Shown piece by piece: positions 26,919-34,997 of a DNA stretch of 39,152 nucleotides. Every line of letters begins with the position of its first letter. The first letter of the stretch is position 1. The DNA is taken from the NCBI GenBank assembly GCA_964634035.1, contig CAZWJK010000006.1, positions 10,053 to 49,204 of the forward strand, written 5' to 3'. The translations under genes were made by a program, and so were the position numbers. The stretch comes from an uncultured Candidatus Cloacimonadota bacterium (GTDB lineage Bacteria > Cloacimonadota > Cloacimonadia > Cloacimonadales > Cloacimonadaceae). The notes beneath the pieces are model-generated. The model ran no database searches and was not told the DNA's origin. It saw only the letters and a list, made by a program, of their open reading frames with translations.

Positions 26919-28013
26919 CTATTTTTTGTCAAGCTCATTTGCGCTATCCTTCTCCAAATACAATTCCAACTGATCATTCTGATATTCAGTATCAAGTTTA
27001 TTGAGACCGATTCCCAGCAGCCGGATCTTTCTCTTGCCGTCCCAGTGGCGGATCAGAAGCTGTTCCGAATAATGATATATGATGTCGCGGTCATTGGTCA
27101 TCTGGTTCAAGGACATTGATTTGCAGGCTGTCTCGAAATTGTCATACTTGATCTTGAGTGTAAGGGTCTGGCCGTGAATGTCTTTTGCCTGCATCCGGAA
27201 GGACAATTTGTCAGCCAGTTGCGCCAGCACTTCCGTCAGTTCCTGAAAACTGTCCAGATCCTCGTCAAAAGTGGTTTCACAGCTTATGGACTTGGGTTCG
27301 GAATAGGGGATCACTTCTCTTTCATCTATGCCGCGCACCACATAATAATAGAAAACTCCTATCTTTCCGAACCGTTTGATCATATCTTTGAGCTCGAGCC
27401 CATAAAGGTCTTTGCCGTTATTGATACCCATGTTTTTCATGCGTGCTGCTGTCACTTTTCCAATCCCGTAAAACTTCTCTATGGGAAGATTAAACAGCAC
27501 TTCCTGCGCCTTCTCTGGGGGTATGACGACCAGGCCGTCCGGTTTTTTCAGCTCAGAGCCGATCTTGGCAAGAAACTTATTGTAAGAAACGCCTGCCGAA
27601 CAGGTTAGTCTGGTTTTCTGCAGAATCTCTTTCTTGATCGCTTTTGCTATATTAACTGCCAGCGGTTCATTGACCTTATTCTTCGTGACATCCAGATAAG
27701 CTTCGTCCAGAGACATGGTTTCCACCTGGTCCGTGTATTTGTAAAATATCTCTCTGATCTGGTGGGAGATCTCTTTATAAAGAGCAAAGTTGGGAAACAC
27801 AAAGATGGCGCTTTTGCAGAGCTGCCAGGCCTGGAAACTGGACATTCCGGAGTGGATGCCAAACTTGCGTGCCTCATAGGAACAGGTGCTGACCACGCCC
27901 CGGCTTTGGGGATGGCCGCCTACGATCAAAGGTTTTCCTTTCAGCGAAGGATTTTCCCTGATCTCTACAGCGGCGTAATAAGCATCCATATCCACATGAA
28001 TTATTTTATTCAT
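26919..28013 (-). CDS. dinB: DNA polymerase IV (Y-family translesion polymerase)
   Basis: MNKIIHVDMDAYYAAVE, SLDEAYLDVT and GIG.V motifs. ATG at 28013 gives the canonical N-terminus, and an upstream ATG at 28037 is the alternative. Confidence 0.9.
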   Translation of the reverse strand: MNKIIHVDMDAYYAAVEIRENPSLKGKPLIVGGHPQSRGVVSTCSYEARKFGIHSGMSSFQAWQLCKSAIFVFPNFALYKEISHQIREIFYKYTDQVETMSLDEAYLDVTKNKVNEPLAVNIAKAIKKEILQKTRLTCSAGVSYNKFLAKIGSELKKPDGLVVIPPEKAQEVLFNLPIEKFYGIGKVTAARMKNMGINNGKDLYGLELKDMIKRFGKIGVFYYYVVRGIDEREVIPYSEPKSISCETTFDEDLDSFQELTEVLAQLADKLSFRMQAKDIHGQTLTLKIKYDNFETACKSMSLNQMTNDRDIIYHYSEQLLIRHWDGKRKIRLLGIGLNKLDTEYQNDQLELYLEKDSANELDKK

Positions 28014-28135
28014 AAACGCAATTTTGCAATTATGCATCTGAGGTCAAGCAGGAATGTCGTTTATTTTTTGATTGACACAAAAACAACTCTCCTAAAAGTC
28101 ACGTTCGGGTTTTGATTAATAATTAAGAGGATCAT

Positions 28136-28882
28136 GTGGAAAATAATAAAAAGCTGAAAGTTGAAGACATTGACCGCGAAAAATTACTGGAAGAGGAAGA
28201 TATTGAAGAGATCACTCCTCAAAAAGCAGTAAAAGCATTAATTTATGTGATTTTGGTAGTGGTCGCCGGTTTTCTGGTCCTATATGCTTTTGATAAATTT
28301 GGAGATCTATCCGAGACCCGCAATATTGAAACCATCGTGTCCAAGATCGATGCTTCCTTTGCGGATGGCAAACCCATTCCCGTTTCCATCCTGGAAAGTT
28401 ATGAGTATGACCTGAAAAAATACAGAGATGACAATCTCCGCAACGATAAACTGGTCAATCTGATCAATGAGACCCTGCATAAACTTGATTCCCAGCCAGC
28501 TTATGTCCTCACCGGGATCAACTATAAATCCTGGGCGACCGGACAACTTGTAAAGACCGATCTTGACACCGTAGTGGTTGCCTATGCCGACCGATTCAAG
28601 CACCAGGTTCGCGATGTTTTCCAACCCATGACTCCCATGGAAAACAGGGCTTTCGAGATCTATAAAGCCCATCCAGAGTGGAGCAAGGAAGTCTGCATCA
28701 AGATCGCTGAAAAACAGATCTGGGCAGGCATGACCAGAGTCCAGCTTCTGCTTTCCTGGGGTCAGCCCAACAAGATAGACAAGGACTTCACCTACAACCG
28801 CAATACTGAGCAGTGGATCTATGGCAATCTCGGTCCCTTTGTCTATCTGGAGAATAACATAGTCACTTCCTGGCAGCAATAA
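28136..28882 (+). CDS. Hypothetical membrane-anchored protein with C-terminal BamE/SmpA-OmlA-like domain
   Basis: GTG start is preceded by AAGAGGA. It has an acidic N-terminus and one TM helix (ALIYVILVVVAGFLVLYAF). The C-terminus GMTRVQLLLSWGQPNKI...EQWIYG...VYLENNIVTSWQ resembles the BamE fold signature. Confidence 0.5.
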   Translation: MENNKKLKVEDIDREKLLEEEDIEEITPQKAVKALIYVILVVVAGFLVLYAFDKFGDLSETRNIETIVSKIDASFADGKPIPVSILESYEYDLKKYRDDNLRNDKLVNLINETLHKLDSQPAYVLTGINYKSWATGQLVKTDLDTVVVAYADRFKHQVRDVFQPMTPMENRAFEIYKAHPEWSKEVCIKIAEKQIWAGMTRVQLLLSWGQPNKIDKDFTYNRNTEQWIYGNLGPFVYLENNIVTSWQQ

Positions 28883-29004
28883 CCGTTAGACCTCTCTCCT
28901 ATCCCCGCAACTGAGCGTAGTTAACGCCTCTTTTCGGCACTTTTTCTACTAAAACATAAATCTCTTTTGTTGCATTCATCTAAGTTACATCCAAGTCATA
29001 ATTT

Positions 29005-29072
29005 AGTCGGGATCCAGTCGGAATCCTGTCGGATTAAACCCGACTGGACCTTGACAGGAATATGACAGGATT
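29005..29072. repeat. 11-bp-phased repeat array and nested palindromes upstream of a hypothetical gene
   Basis: Direct units are AGTCGGGATCC / AGTCGGAATCC / TGTCGGATT at 29005, 29016 and 29027. Inverted copies are CCGACT at 29040 and GACAGG at 29053 and 29064 (also 11 bp apart). TCCAGTCGG (29013-21) pairs with CCGACTGGA (29040-48), and AATCC/GGATT pair inside that stem. Confidence 0.6.
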
Positions 29073-29090
29073 TAGACTTGCAATTATGAT
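29062..29090 (+). promoter_or_regulatory. Candidate sigma70-type promoter for the 29122 ORF
   Basis: ATGACA (29062-67), a 17-bp spacer, then TATGAT (29085-90). GGAGG at 29110-14 lies 7 nt before the ATG at 29122. Confidence 0.3.
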
Positions 29091-29121
29091 TTATTAACGA
29101 AAAATGACTGGAGGAAAAAAC

Positions 29122-29571
29122 ATGAAAGTGCATTACAGAAAAGGTATCAGGGGCTATTCCGGAACAACGGAAGATGCAGTTTACTACTATCATCCCAAGC
29201 TCGGGATCTCATTGGCAAGGACTTATGTCAAACCCAAGAATGAGGCAAACACTTCCCGTCACACGGCGATCATGAAAAACTTGAAGATGATAAATCCTTC
29301 TGCCGGTTTCAGACTTAATTTCCATGACTATCATCTGGCCTACAACAATCACAGGGAGTATCAGCACAGGCCGATGCTGAGCTGGAACAATCTCTACATC
29401 AAAATGATGTTTGCCATGCAGAAAGCGCTACCGGATCAGGTTGACCTCAAAACCATCACCAGACAGCAGATCATGGATCAGAACCTGCCTTGCAGGACTT
29501 TGAAAGATGCGATAGAATTCGGTCTGCTGCCGCCGCTGGAAGGATACGAGCGCTGGAATAATCTTATCTGA
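29122..29571 (+). CDS. Hypothetical protein, no recognised family
   Basis: The ORF has a strong GGAGG SD before the ATG at 29122, and the ATG at 29104 is the alternative. It is basic and Tyr/His-rich with no motif I recognise. Its stop abuts the stop of the convergent MFS gene. Confidence 0.45.
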   Translation: MKVHYRKGIRGYSGTTEDAVYYYHPKLGISLARTYVKPKNEANTSRHTAIMKNLKMINPSAGFRLNFHDYHLAYNNHREYQHRPMLSWNNLYIKMMFAMQKALPDQVDLKTITRQQIMDQNLPCRTLKDAIEFGLLPPLEGYERWNNLI

Positions 29572-30957
29572 TCAATGCCAGATCTGTCTGATCCGGCTGA
29601 TCACATTGGCTCTAAAGAGGATTCCCAGGTCACGCAGGGATTTTGATTTGGCTTCGGCTATGAACATAAGCGGGATTATGGTTGACCAGCGCAGCAGGCC
29701 AGTGAGCCCGAACAGGACTTGCTCCGATTCCAGATGCAAATGTAGAATTTGCATATCAGAAGGATAAAACAAACCTGACAACATGGTTGTCAGCATCTTA
29801 CAGATCCCGCCCAAAGCGCCATTCAGGCCGCTATAGACCTGTGTCTGACCTTTGGGTGCAAGGGACAGCACAAAATTGGTCATGATGATGCCGGTGCCCG
29901 CCCACATGAATCCTGAGAGCAGGGCTTCAAACCAGATGATCAGATGGTTCTGCGCAGTCATGAAGAGCCAGAACATAGGATTCAGACCGCCCAGAATAAT
30001 GCAGATCTTCATCGCTGTTTTATTGCCGTTGGCGTCGATGAAGCGTCCCCAGAACCTGAGCGCCAACAAAGATGAAACCATGTGCAAGGAGCCGTAAAGC
30101 TGCACTTCAAACAGGGACATTTGAAGTTTCTTGAGCATGAAAGGGCTCCAGAAGGCGGAACCCACTCCCACTGCCAGCATCCACCACATCACGAACAACA
30201 TTAGTTTGCGGAAATTGGCATCGAGCAGGGGCTTCTTATATATGGAAAGCAGGGATTCCTTTTTAACAATAACTTTGCGCTCAGGCTGGCGAGCCAGGAT
30301 AGACAAGCCCACTAAGCCAATTATTGTTGCAAATACAAACACAGCGATGATAAACTTTTCCTGGTATTCGGGACGGAACCAGTCTGCCAGACCTGTCAGC
30401 CTGATAAAGGACTGGTGAATGCCTTTTCTGTTCAGGTCAAACAGGTCAACGGCAAAGCTTCCGATGTAACCAGCGATCAGTCCTGCAAAAAGCAGATACT
30501 GACTGCGCCTGGAAAAGAACCTGCCCCTGTAGGACAAAGGCACGAGGTCAGACAGCCAGGCGATCCAGATGTTGCCGCCGATGGAGAGCAACGCGGCACT
30601 GCAAAACAACAATAACAAGGTGAACCAGATACCGTTTTGCGAATTGGTGAAAATCAGTCCCAACCCCAAAAAGAAAGTCAGAAACCTGCCAATCGCAGTT
30701 ACGATCACGCAGGGCTTCTTGCGGGTGGAAAAACTGCGCGAAACAGCTACTCCCAAGGGCTGAAAGATCTGCGAGACCTGACCGATGGAAGAGAGCAGGG
30801 AAAAGTGGATGGGAGCGGCCTGCAGCAGGATCAGCAGCTTCACGATGAAGCTGCTTCCGATCATGGCAAAGGTTCCGTAGATTTGGGCAAACACGCCTTC
30901 CAGCGTGGAAAGCCGCATGGTTTTACGCAACAGGTTGTCTGCTTTGGCCTTATGCAT
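29572..30957 (-). CDS. MFS-type transporter (about 12 TM helices)
   Basis: 461 aa with alternating hydrophobic helices and a central basic loop (RQPERKVIVKKE), which is a typical MFS layout. Substrate unknown. Confidence 0.65.
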   Translation of the reverse strand: MHKAKADNLLRKTMRLSTLEGVFAQIYGTFAMIGSSFIVKLLILLQAAPIHFSLLSSIGQVSQIFQPLGVAVSRSFSTRKKPCVIVTAIGRFLTFFLGLGLIFTNSQNGIWFTLLLLFCSAALLSIGGNIWIAWLSDLVPLSYRGRFFSRRSQYLLFAGLIAGYIGSFAVDLFDLNRKGIHQSFIRLTGLADWFRPEYQEKFIIAVFVFATIIGLVGLSILARQPERKVIVKKESLLSIYKKPLLDANFRKLMLFVMWWMLAVGVGSAFWSPFMLKKLQMSLFEVQLYGSLHMVSSLLALRFWGRFIDANGNKTAMKICIILGGLNPMFWLFMTAQNHLIIWFEALLSGFMWAGTGIIMTNFVLSLAPKGQTQVYSGLNGALGGICKMLTTMLSGLFYPSDMQILHLHLESEQVLFGLTGLLRWSTIIPLMFIAEAKSKSLRDLGILFRANVISRIRQIWH

Positions 30958-31000
30958 GGTCTGTCAGTGCTCTGATCTCATTCATGCTTCCAGCTTTTAC

Positions 31001-31019
31001 TTGACAGGCGGCTTGTCAA
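31001..31019. promoter_or_regulatory. Inverted repeat TTGACA-N7-TGTCAA in the divergent MFS / oxidoreductase intergenic region (candidate operator and/or -35 elements)
   Basis: Read directly: TTGACAGGCGGCTTGTCAA. It lies 43 bp upstream of the ATG at 31062 and 44 bp upstream of the MFS ATG on the other strand. Confidence 0.3.
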
Positions 31020-31061
31020 TAAGTTTTGTGCCTAAAAAAATAGCAAAATCAAAGGAGTTCA

Positions 31062-33134
31062 ATGCAGATGGAGCAACACAGGATAAAGGAGCACCCCATT
31101 CTGCCAGTTCCGGAAATTGAAGAGATAACCTTTTACTGGAATAAAAAACCTCTGCAGGCAAAAAAAGGTGAGATGATATCCTCAGCCCTTATCGCCAACG
31201 GGGTTTCCGTCTTCGGACATCACCATAAAGACGGTTCCGCCCAGGGAATTTTCTGCGCCAATGGCCAGTGCGCCAAGTGCACTGTCATCGCCAACGGTGT
31301 TCCTGTAAAATCCTGCATGACGGCGGTGCAGGAAAACATGATCGTACATAGCGCAGACGGGCTTCCCAAGCTTCCTGAGGATAATGAGCCATTGCAGTTT
31401 GAAACCATAGAAGAGATCGAGACTGAGGTTTTGATAATCGGCGGCGGCCCTTCAGGGCTGTCTGCAGCCATTCAGCTTGGAAAGCACAATATCAAAACTC
31501 TTCTCATAGACGATAAAACAGAATTGGGCGGCAAACTTGTCCTGCAGACGCATAAGTTCTTCGGCTCGGAAGAGGATTCCAATGCCGGCACCCGGGGCAA
31601 TGATATCGGAAAACTGCTGGCGGAAGAAGTCTCAAAGCTGCCTTCCGTAACACTTTGGGTCAACAGCACTGCGCTGTTTGTCTTTTCCGATAAAAAGGTC
31701 GGAGTTCTGAAAGACGGCGTCTATAAACTGATCAAACCGCAGAGAATCCTGAATGCGGCAGGAGCGAGAGAAAAATTCCTGCGTTTTTCAGGCAATCATT
31801 TAGCAAGAATTTATGGCGCCGGCGCTTTCCAGACACTTGTCAACAGGGACCTGGTCAGACCCACGGATCGGCTTTTCATCATCGGAGGCGGCAACGTTGG
31901 TCTGATCGCAGGTTACCACGCTCTGCAAGCGGGAATCGAGGTTGTTGGCCTGGCAGAAGCTATGCCACAATGCGGCGGTTACAAAGTTCATGCTGACAAA
32001 CTGAAAAGACTGGGCGTCCCGATTTATACATCACATACGATCCTTTCTGCCAATGGCGAAGAAACGGTCGAATCCATCACCATTGCGCAGATAGACAGTA
32101 ACTTCAAGCCAATTCCCGACACGGAAAAATCCTTTGCCTGCGATACCATTTTGATCGCAGTGGGACTTGATTCTCTCAACGAATTCACTCTGGAGGCAGA
32201 GCAGGCAGGGCTTCCTGTATATGCTGCAGGCGACGCTCTGGAAATTGCGGAAGCCAGTTCCGCCATGTTCAATGGCAAAATTGCGGGACTGATCATTGCC
32301 AAAGACATGGGTGCCCAGGTGGAAGCAATTCCGGACGAGTGGTATAAAAAAGCGGAAGTCCTGAAGTCCCATCCCGGCAAGATCTTTCCCTATCAGGATC
32401 TTTCAAGGGCGGAAGGCGTATTTCCCGTAATCCACTGTCTGCAGGAAATCCCCTGTAATCCCTGCACAACGGTCTGCCCCACCAATTCCATTGTCATTGA
32501 AGACGACACCCTGATGGGCGTTCCGCTCTACAAGGGCAGTTGCATCGGTTGTAACAAATGCGTGCTGATCTGCCCGGGCCTAGCCATTACTCTGGTCGAT
32601 TTCAGAAAAGATAAAGAATTTCCGACAGTGACCATGCCATACGAAGTAGGCAATTATCCTGTTCAGGCAGGCGACAAAATCGAAGTGGTGGATATTGATG
32701 GAGTAAAACTCGGCAACTTTGAAGTGACAGAAATCCTTTCCAACAAAGCCAGGAAGACCCAATTGGTAAAAGTGAAAGTGCCGGCAGAAATTACCCGTCG
32801 GGTAGCCTCATTCATAATTCAAGATGAAGCAGTAAGCAGGCCTCTGCCTCAACCAATAATTCCGGATAAGCTTTCTGACGAGGCAATGATCTGTCTCTGC
32901 GAAAGGGTTTCGGTTAAAGAAGTAAGAAGCTTGATCAGAGATGGGATAACCGATTTGAATCAATTAAAAGCCATTACCAGAGCGGGAATGGGACCCTGCG
33001 GTGCCAAGACCTGCGAAGTTCTCATCAAGAATCTTCTGCGTGAGGAAGGAATTCCTGTGACAGATGTGGTTCCCAATACCAAGCGTCCTGTCTTCGTGGA
33101 AGTCACCCTCGATAAGTTTCCCGGTGCGAAGTAA
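31062..33134 (+). CDS. Multi-domain Fe-S flavoprotein: 2Fe-2S-like N-domain + FAD/NAD(P) pyridine-nucleotide-disulfide oxidoreductase + 2x[4Fe-4S] ferredoxin + BFD-like [2Fe-2S] domain (sarcosine oxidase alpha / OoxA / archaeal PDH alpha-gamma-delta-like)
   Basis: FCANGQCAKCTV..KSC (C-x4-C-x2-C-x11-C), then IIGGGPSGLSAA and IIGGGNVGLIAG Rossmann motifs. These are followed by CLQEIPCNPCTTVCP and CIGCNKCVLICP, and by ICLCERV...GMGPCGAKTC. Confidence 0.75.
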   Translation: MQMEQHRIKEHPILPVPEIEEITFYWNKKPLQAKKGEMISSALIANGVSVFGHHHKDGSAQGIFCANGQCAKCTVIANGVPVKSCMTAVQENMIVHSADGLPKLPEDNEPLQFETIEEIETEVLIIGGGPSGLSAAIQLGKHNIKTLLIDDKTELGGKLVLQTHKFFGSEEDSNAGTRGNDIGKLLAEEVSKLPSVTLWVNSTALFVFSDKKVGVLKDGVYKLIKPQRILNAAGAREKFLRFSGNHLARIYGAGAFQTLVNRDLVRPTDRLFIIGGGNVGLIAGYHALQAGIEVVGLAEAMPQCGGYKVHADKLKRLGVPIYTSHTILSANGEETVESITIAQIDSNFKPIPDTEKSFACDTILIAVGLDSLNEFTLEAEQAGLPVYAAGDALEIAEASSAMFNGKIAGLIIAKDMGAQVEAIPDEWYKKAEVLKSHPGKIFPYQDLSRAEGVFPVIHCLQEIPCNPCTTVCPTNSIVIEDDTLMGVPLYKGSCIGCNKCVLICPGLAITLVDFRKDKEFPTVTMPYEVGNYPVQAGDKIEVVDIDGVKLGNFEVTEILSNKARKTQLVKVKVPAEITRRVASFIIQDEAVSRPLPQPIIPDKLSDEAMICLCERVSVKEVRSLIRDGITDLNQLKAITRAGMGPCGAKTCEVLIKNLLREEGIPVTDVVPNTKRPVFVEVTLDKFPGAK

Positions 33135-33143
33135 AGGCAGGCA

Positions 33144-34301
33144 ATGAAAATGAAAACATACGATGTAATCATTATCGGCGCTGGATCAGTCGGTCTTCCC
33201 ACTGCTATGTATCTGGCAGAGCAAAAACTCAGAGTGCTGGTTTTGGATGCGGAGCATGCACCCAGCCAGCAGAATAATAAAAAAGCCATCGGAGGCGTCA
33301 GAGCCACACATTCTGATTATGGTAAGATATCCATAAGTCAGCGCAGCATCGAGATCTTCAGGTCATGGAAAGAAACCTACGGAGATGATCTGGGTTGGCT
33401 TTCCAACGGCTACAGCTATCCCGCTTACACAGAAAAGGATGAAAAGACCCTGAAAGACCTGATGCAGATCCAACTCAGCTTTGGCCTGAACATCAAATGG
33501 GTGTCTGCAGAAGAATACAATGAACTGGTTCCCGGCATCACCATGCAGAATTTGAGGGGTTCCACCTACTCGCCTGAAGACGGAAGCTGTTCTCCCCTAT
33601 TGGCAGCAATGGCTTTCTATTTCAGGTCTAAGCGCCTGGGTGCTGATTTCCATTTCTGCGAAAAAGTAACTGAAGTTAAATTAACAGACGGTAAAGTCAC
33701 TGAAGTGGTAACCAATAAAGACAGATATGTCTGCGGGCAGTTGATTAACGCATCAGGAAACCACGCTAAGGAAATTTCCAGTTTGGCAGGAATGGATGTT
33801 CCTGTAAATCCTGATAATCACGAAGCGGGCATAACAGAACCTGTGGCAAGGTTTTTCGGTCCCATGGTGGTTGACATGCGCAAGCGTCCCGGCTCTGCCA
33901 ATTTCTATTTTTATCAGAATCATGAAGGGCAGGTAGTTTTCTGTATAACGCCCGAACCTTCCATCTGGGGTGTGAACAACCGCAGCACTTCAGAATTTCT
34001 GCCAATGTGTGCGAAAAGAATGCTGGAAGTTTATCCACGGCTGCGCCATCTGAAAGTGCGCAGAACCTGGCGCGGGCAGTATCCAATGACACCAGACGGC
34101 TTCCCCATCGTGGGCAGAATGAAAGAAGTTACAAACTTCATAAATGCTGTCGGGATGTGCGGCCAAGGCTTCATGCTGGGTCCCGGCATGGGAGAATTAC
34201 TGACCAGAATAGTTGTAAATCAGGAAACTGAAAGCGACAGGAAAGTCCTGGTCAGCTTTGATCCATACCGCGAATTTACAGGCATGGAAGCTTTCAAATA
34301 A
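33144..34301 (+). CDS. FAD-dependent oxidoreductase, DAO family (sarcosine oxidase beta / OoxB / L-proline dehydrogenase beta-like)
   Basis: YDVIIIGAGSVGLPTAMYLAE dinucleotide fold, 385-aa length and the C-terminal GMCGQGFMLGPG motif typical of the SoxB/DadA-like family. It starts 10 nt after the alpha-like gene. Confidence 0.8.
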   Translation: MKMKTYDVIIIGAGSVGLPTAMYLAEQKLRVLVLDAEHAPSQQNNKKAIGGVRATHSDYGKISISQRSIEIFRSWKETYGDDLGWLSNGYSYPAYTEKDEKTLKDLMQIQLSFGLNIKWVSAEEYNELVPGITMQNLRGSTYSPEDGSCSPLLAAMAFYFRSKRLGADFHFCEKVTEVKLTDGKVTEVVTNKDRYVCGQLINASGNHAKEISSLAGMDVPVNPDNHEAGITEPVARFFGPMVVDMRKRPGSANFYFYQNHEGQVVFCITPEPSIWGVNNRSTSEFLPMCAKRMLEVYPRLRHLKVRRTWRGQYPMTPDGFPIVGRMKEVTNFINAVGMCGQGFMLGPGMGELLTRIVVNQETESDRKVLVSFDPYREFTGMEAFK

Positions 34302-34352
34302 GAGGAGATAGTTACGGATTTCAAACGTGCCATAGTTTTACTCAGCGGAGGG

Positions 34353-34997
34353 ATGGACAGTCTGGTCACGGCAGCCATTGCAGTCAGGGACAATGACAAG
34401 GTCTGCTTTCTGCATGTCAATTACGGACAGCGCACAAAAGACAAAGAACTGGAATGCTTCAACAATCTCTGTGCACATTATCATCCTGAAAAATCCTTGG
34501 TCATTGATATGCCCTGGTTGGGAAATATAGGCGGTTCTGCCTTGACTGACCAAACAATTGAAGTCAAGGACCACAATGGATCATTACAGATTCCTCAGAC
34601 CTATGTTCCTTTCCGCAACGCCAATTTCATCGCAGCAGCAGTGTCCTGGGCGGAAGTGATCAGAGCTTACCGCATCTACATCGGTGCCGTGGAAGAGGAC
34701 AGCAGCGGATATCCTGACTGCCGGGAAATCTTTTACATGAGCATGCAGAAAACCATCGATACCGGTGCAAAAAATGATTTCAACATTAAGCTTGTTACCC
34801 CTGTCATTCATCTGAAGAAAAAAGAGATAGTCAAGCTGGGACTGGAATTGAATGCCCCTTTCGAGTATTCCTGGAGCTGTTATAAAAACAACTATCAGGC
34901 CTGTGGGGTATGCGACAGTTGTCATCTGCGTCTCAAAGCATTTCGGGAAGCGGGTGCAACCGATCCAATATCTTATGTAGAAGGAATCATTTTATGA
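34353..34997 (+). CDS. queC: 7-cyano-7-deazaguanine (preQ0) synthase; true start almost certainly upstream (about 34308-34314, non-canonical codon)
   Basis: HVNYGQR, the FVPFRNA motif and the C-terminal Zn site CYKNNYQACGVCDSCHLR. The in-frame upstream codons encode KRAIVLLSGGMDS, the PP-loop SGGxDS, but contain no ATG/GTG/TTG after the TAA at 34299. Confidence 0.85.
   Translation: MDSLVTAAIAVRDNDKVCFLHVNYGQRTKDKELECFNNLCAHYHPEKSLVIDMPWLGNIGGSALTDQTIEVKDHNGSLQIPQTYVPFRNANFIAAAVSWAEVIRAYRIYIGAVEEDSSGYPDCREIFYMSMQKTIDTGAKNDFNIKLVTPVIHLKKKEIVKLGLELNAPFEYSWSCYKNNYQACGVCDSCHLRLKAFREAGATDPISYVEGIIL

Noticed and set aside
26720-26995. 91-aa ORF on the minus strand
   Set aside because: It runs straight through tRNA-Asp and its terminator and overlaps the dinB 3' end. 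It is an artefact of ORF calling.
26742-28135. tRNA-Asp as an integration site for a genomic island (dinB plus the two orphan genes)
   Set aside because: There is no integrase, and I could see no direct repeat of the tRNA 3' end. The tRNA 3' side is followed immediately by core gene waaA, and dinB is a normal chromosomal gene.
28038-28135. LexA/SOS box upstream of dinB
   Set aside because: Only an isolated CGAAC/GTTCG half-site is present at about 28103-28107. There is no CGAAC-N4-GTTCG or CTGT-N8-ACAG palindrome.
34299-34352. preQ1 riboswitch upstream of queC
   Set aside because: The spacer is only an SD plus coding-like sequence. I found no P1 stem/ACCCC/A-rich tail arrangement of preQ1-I/II aptamers.
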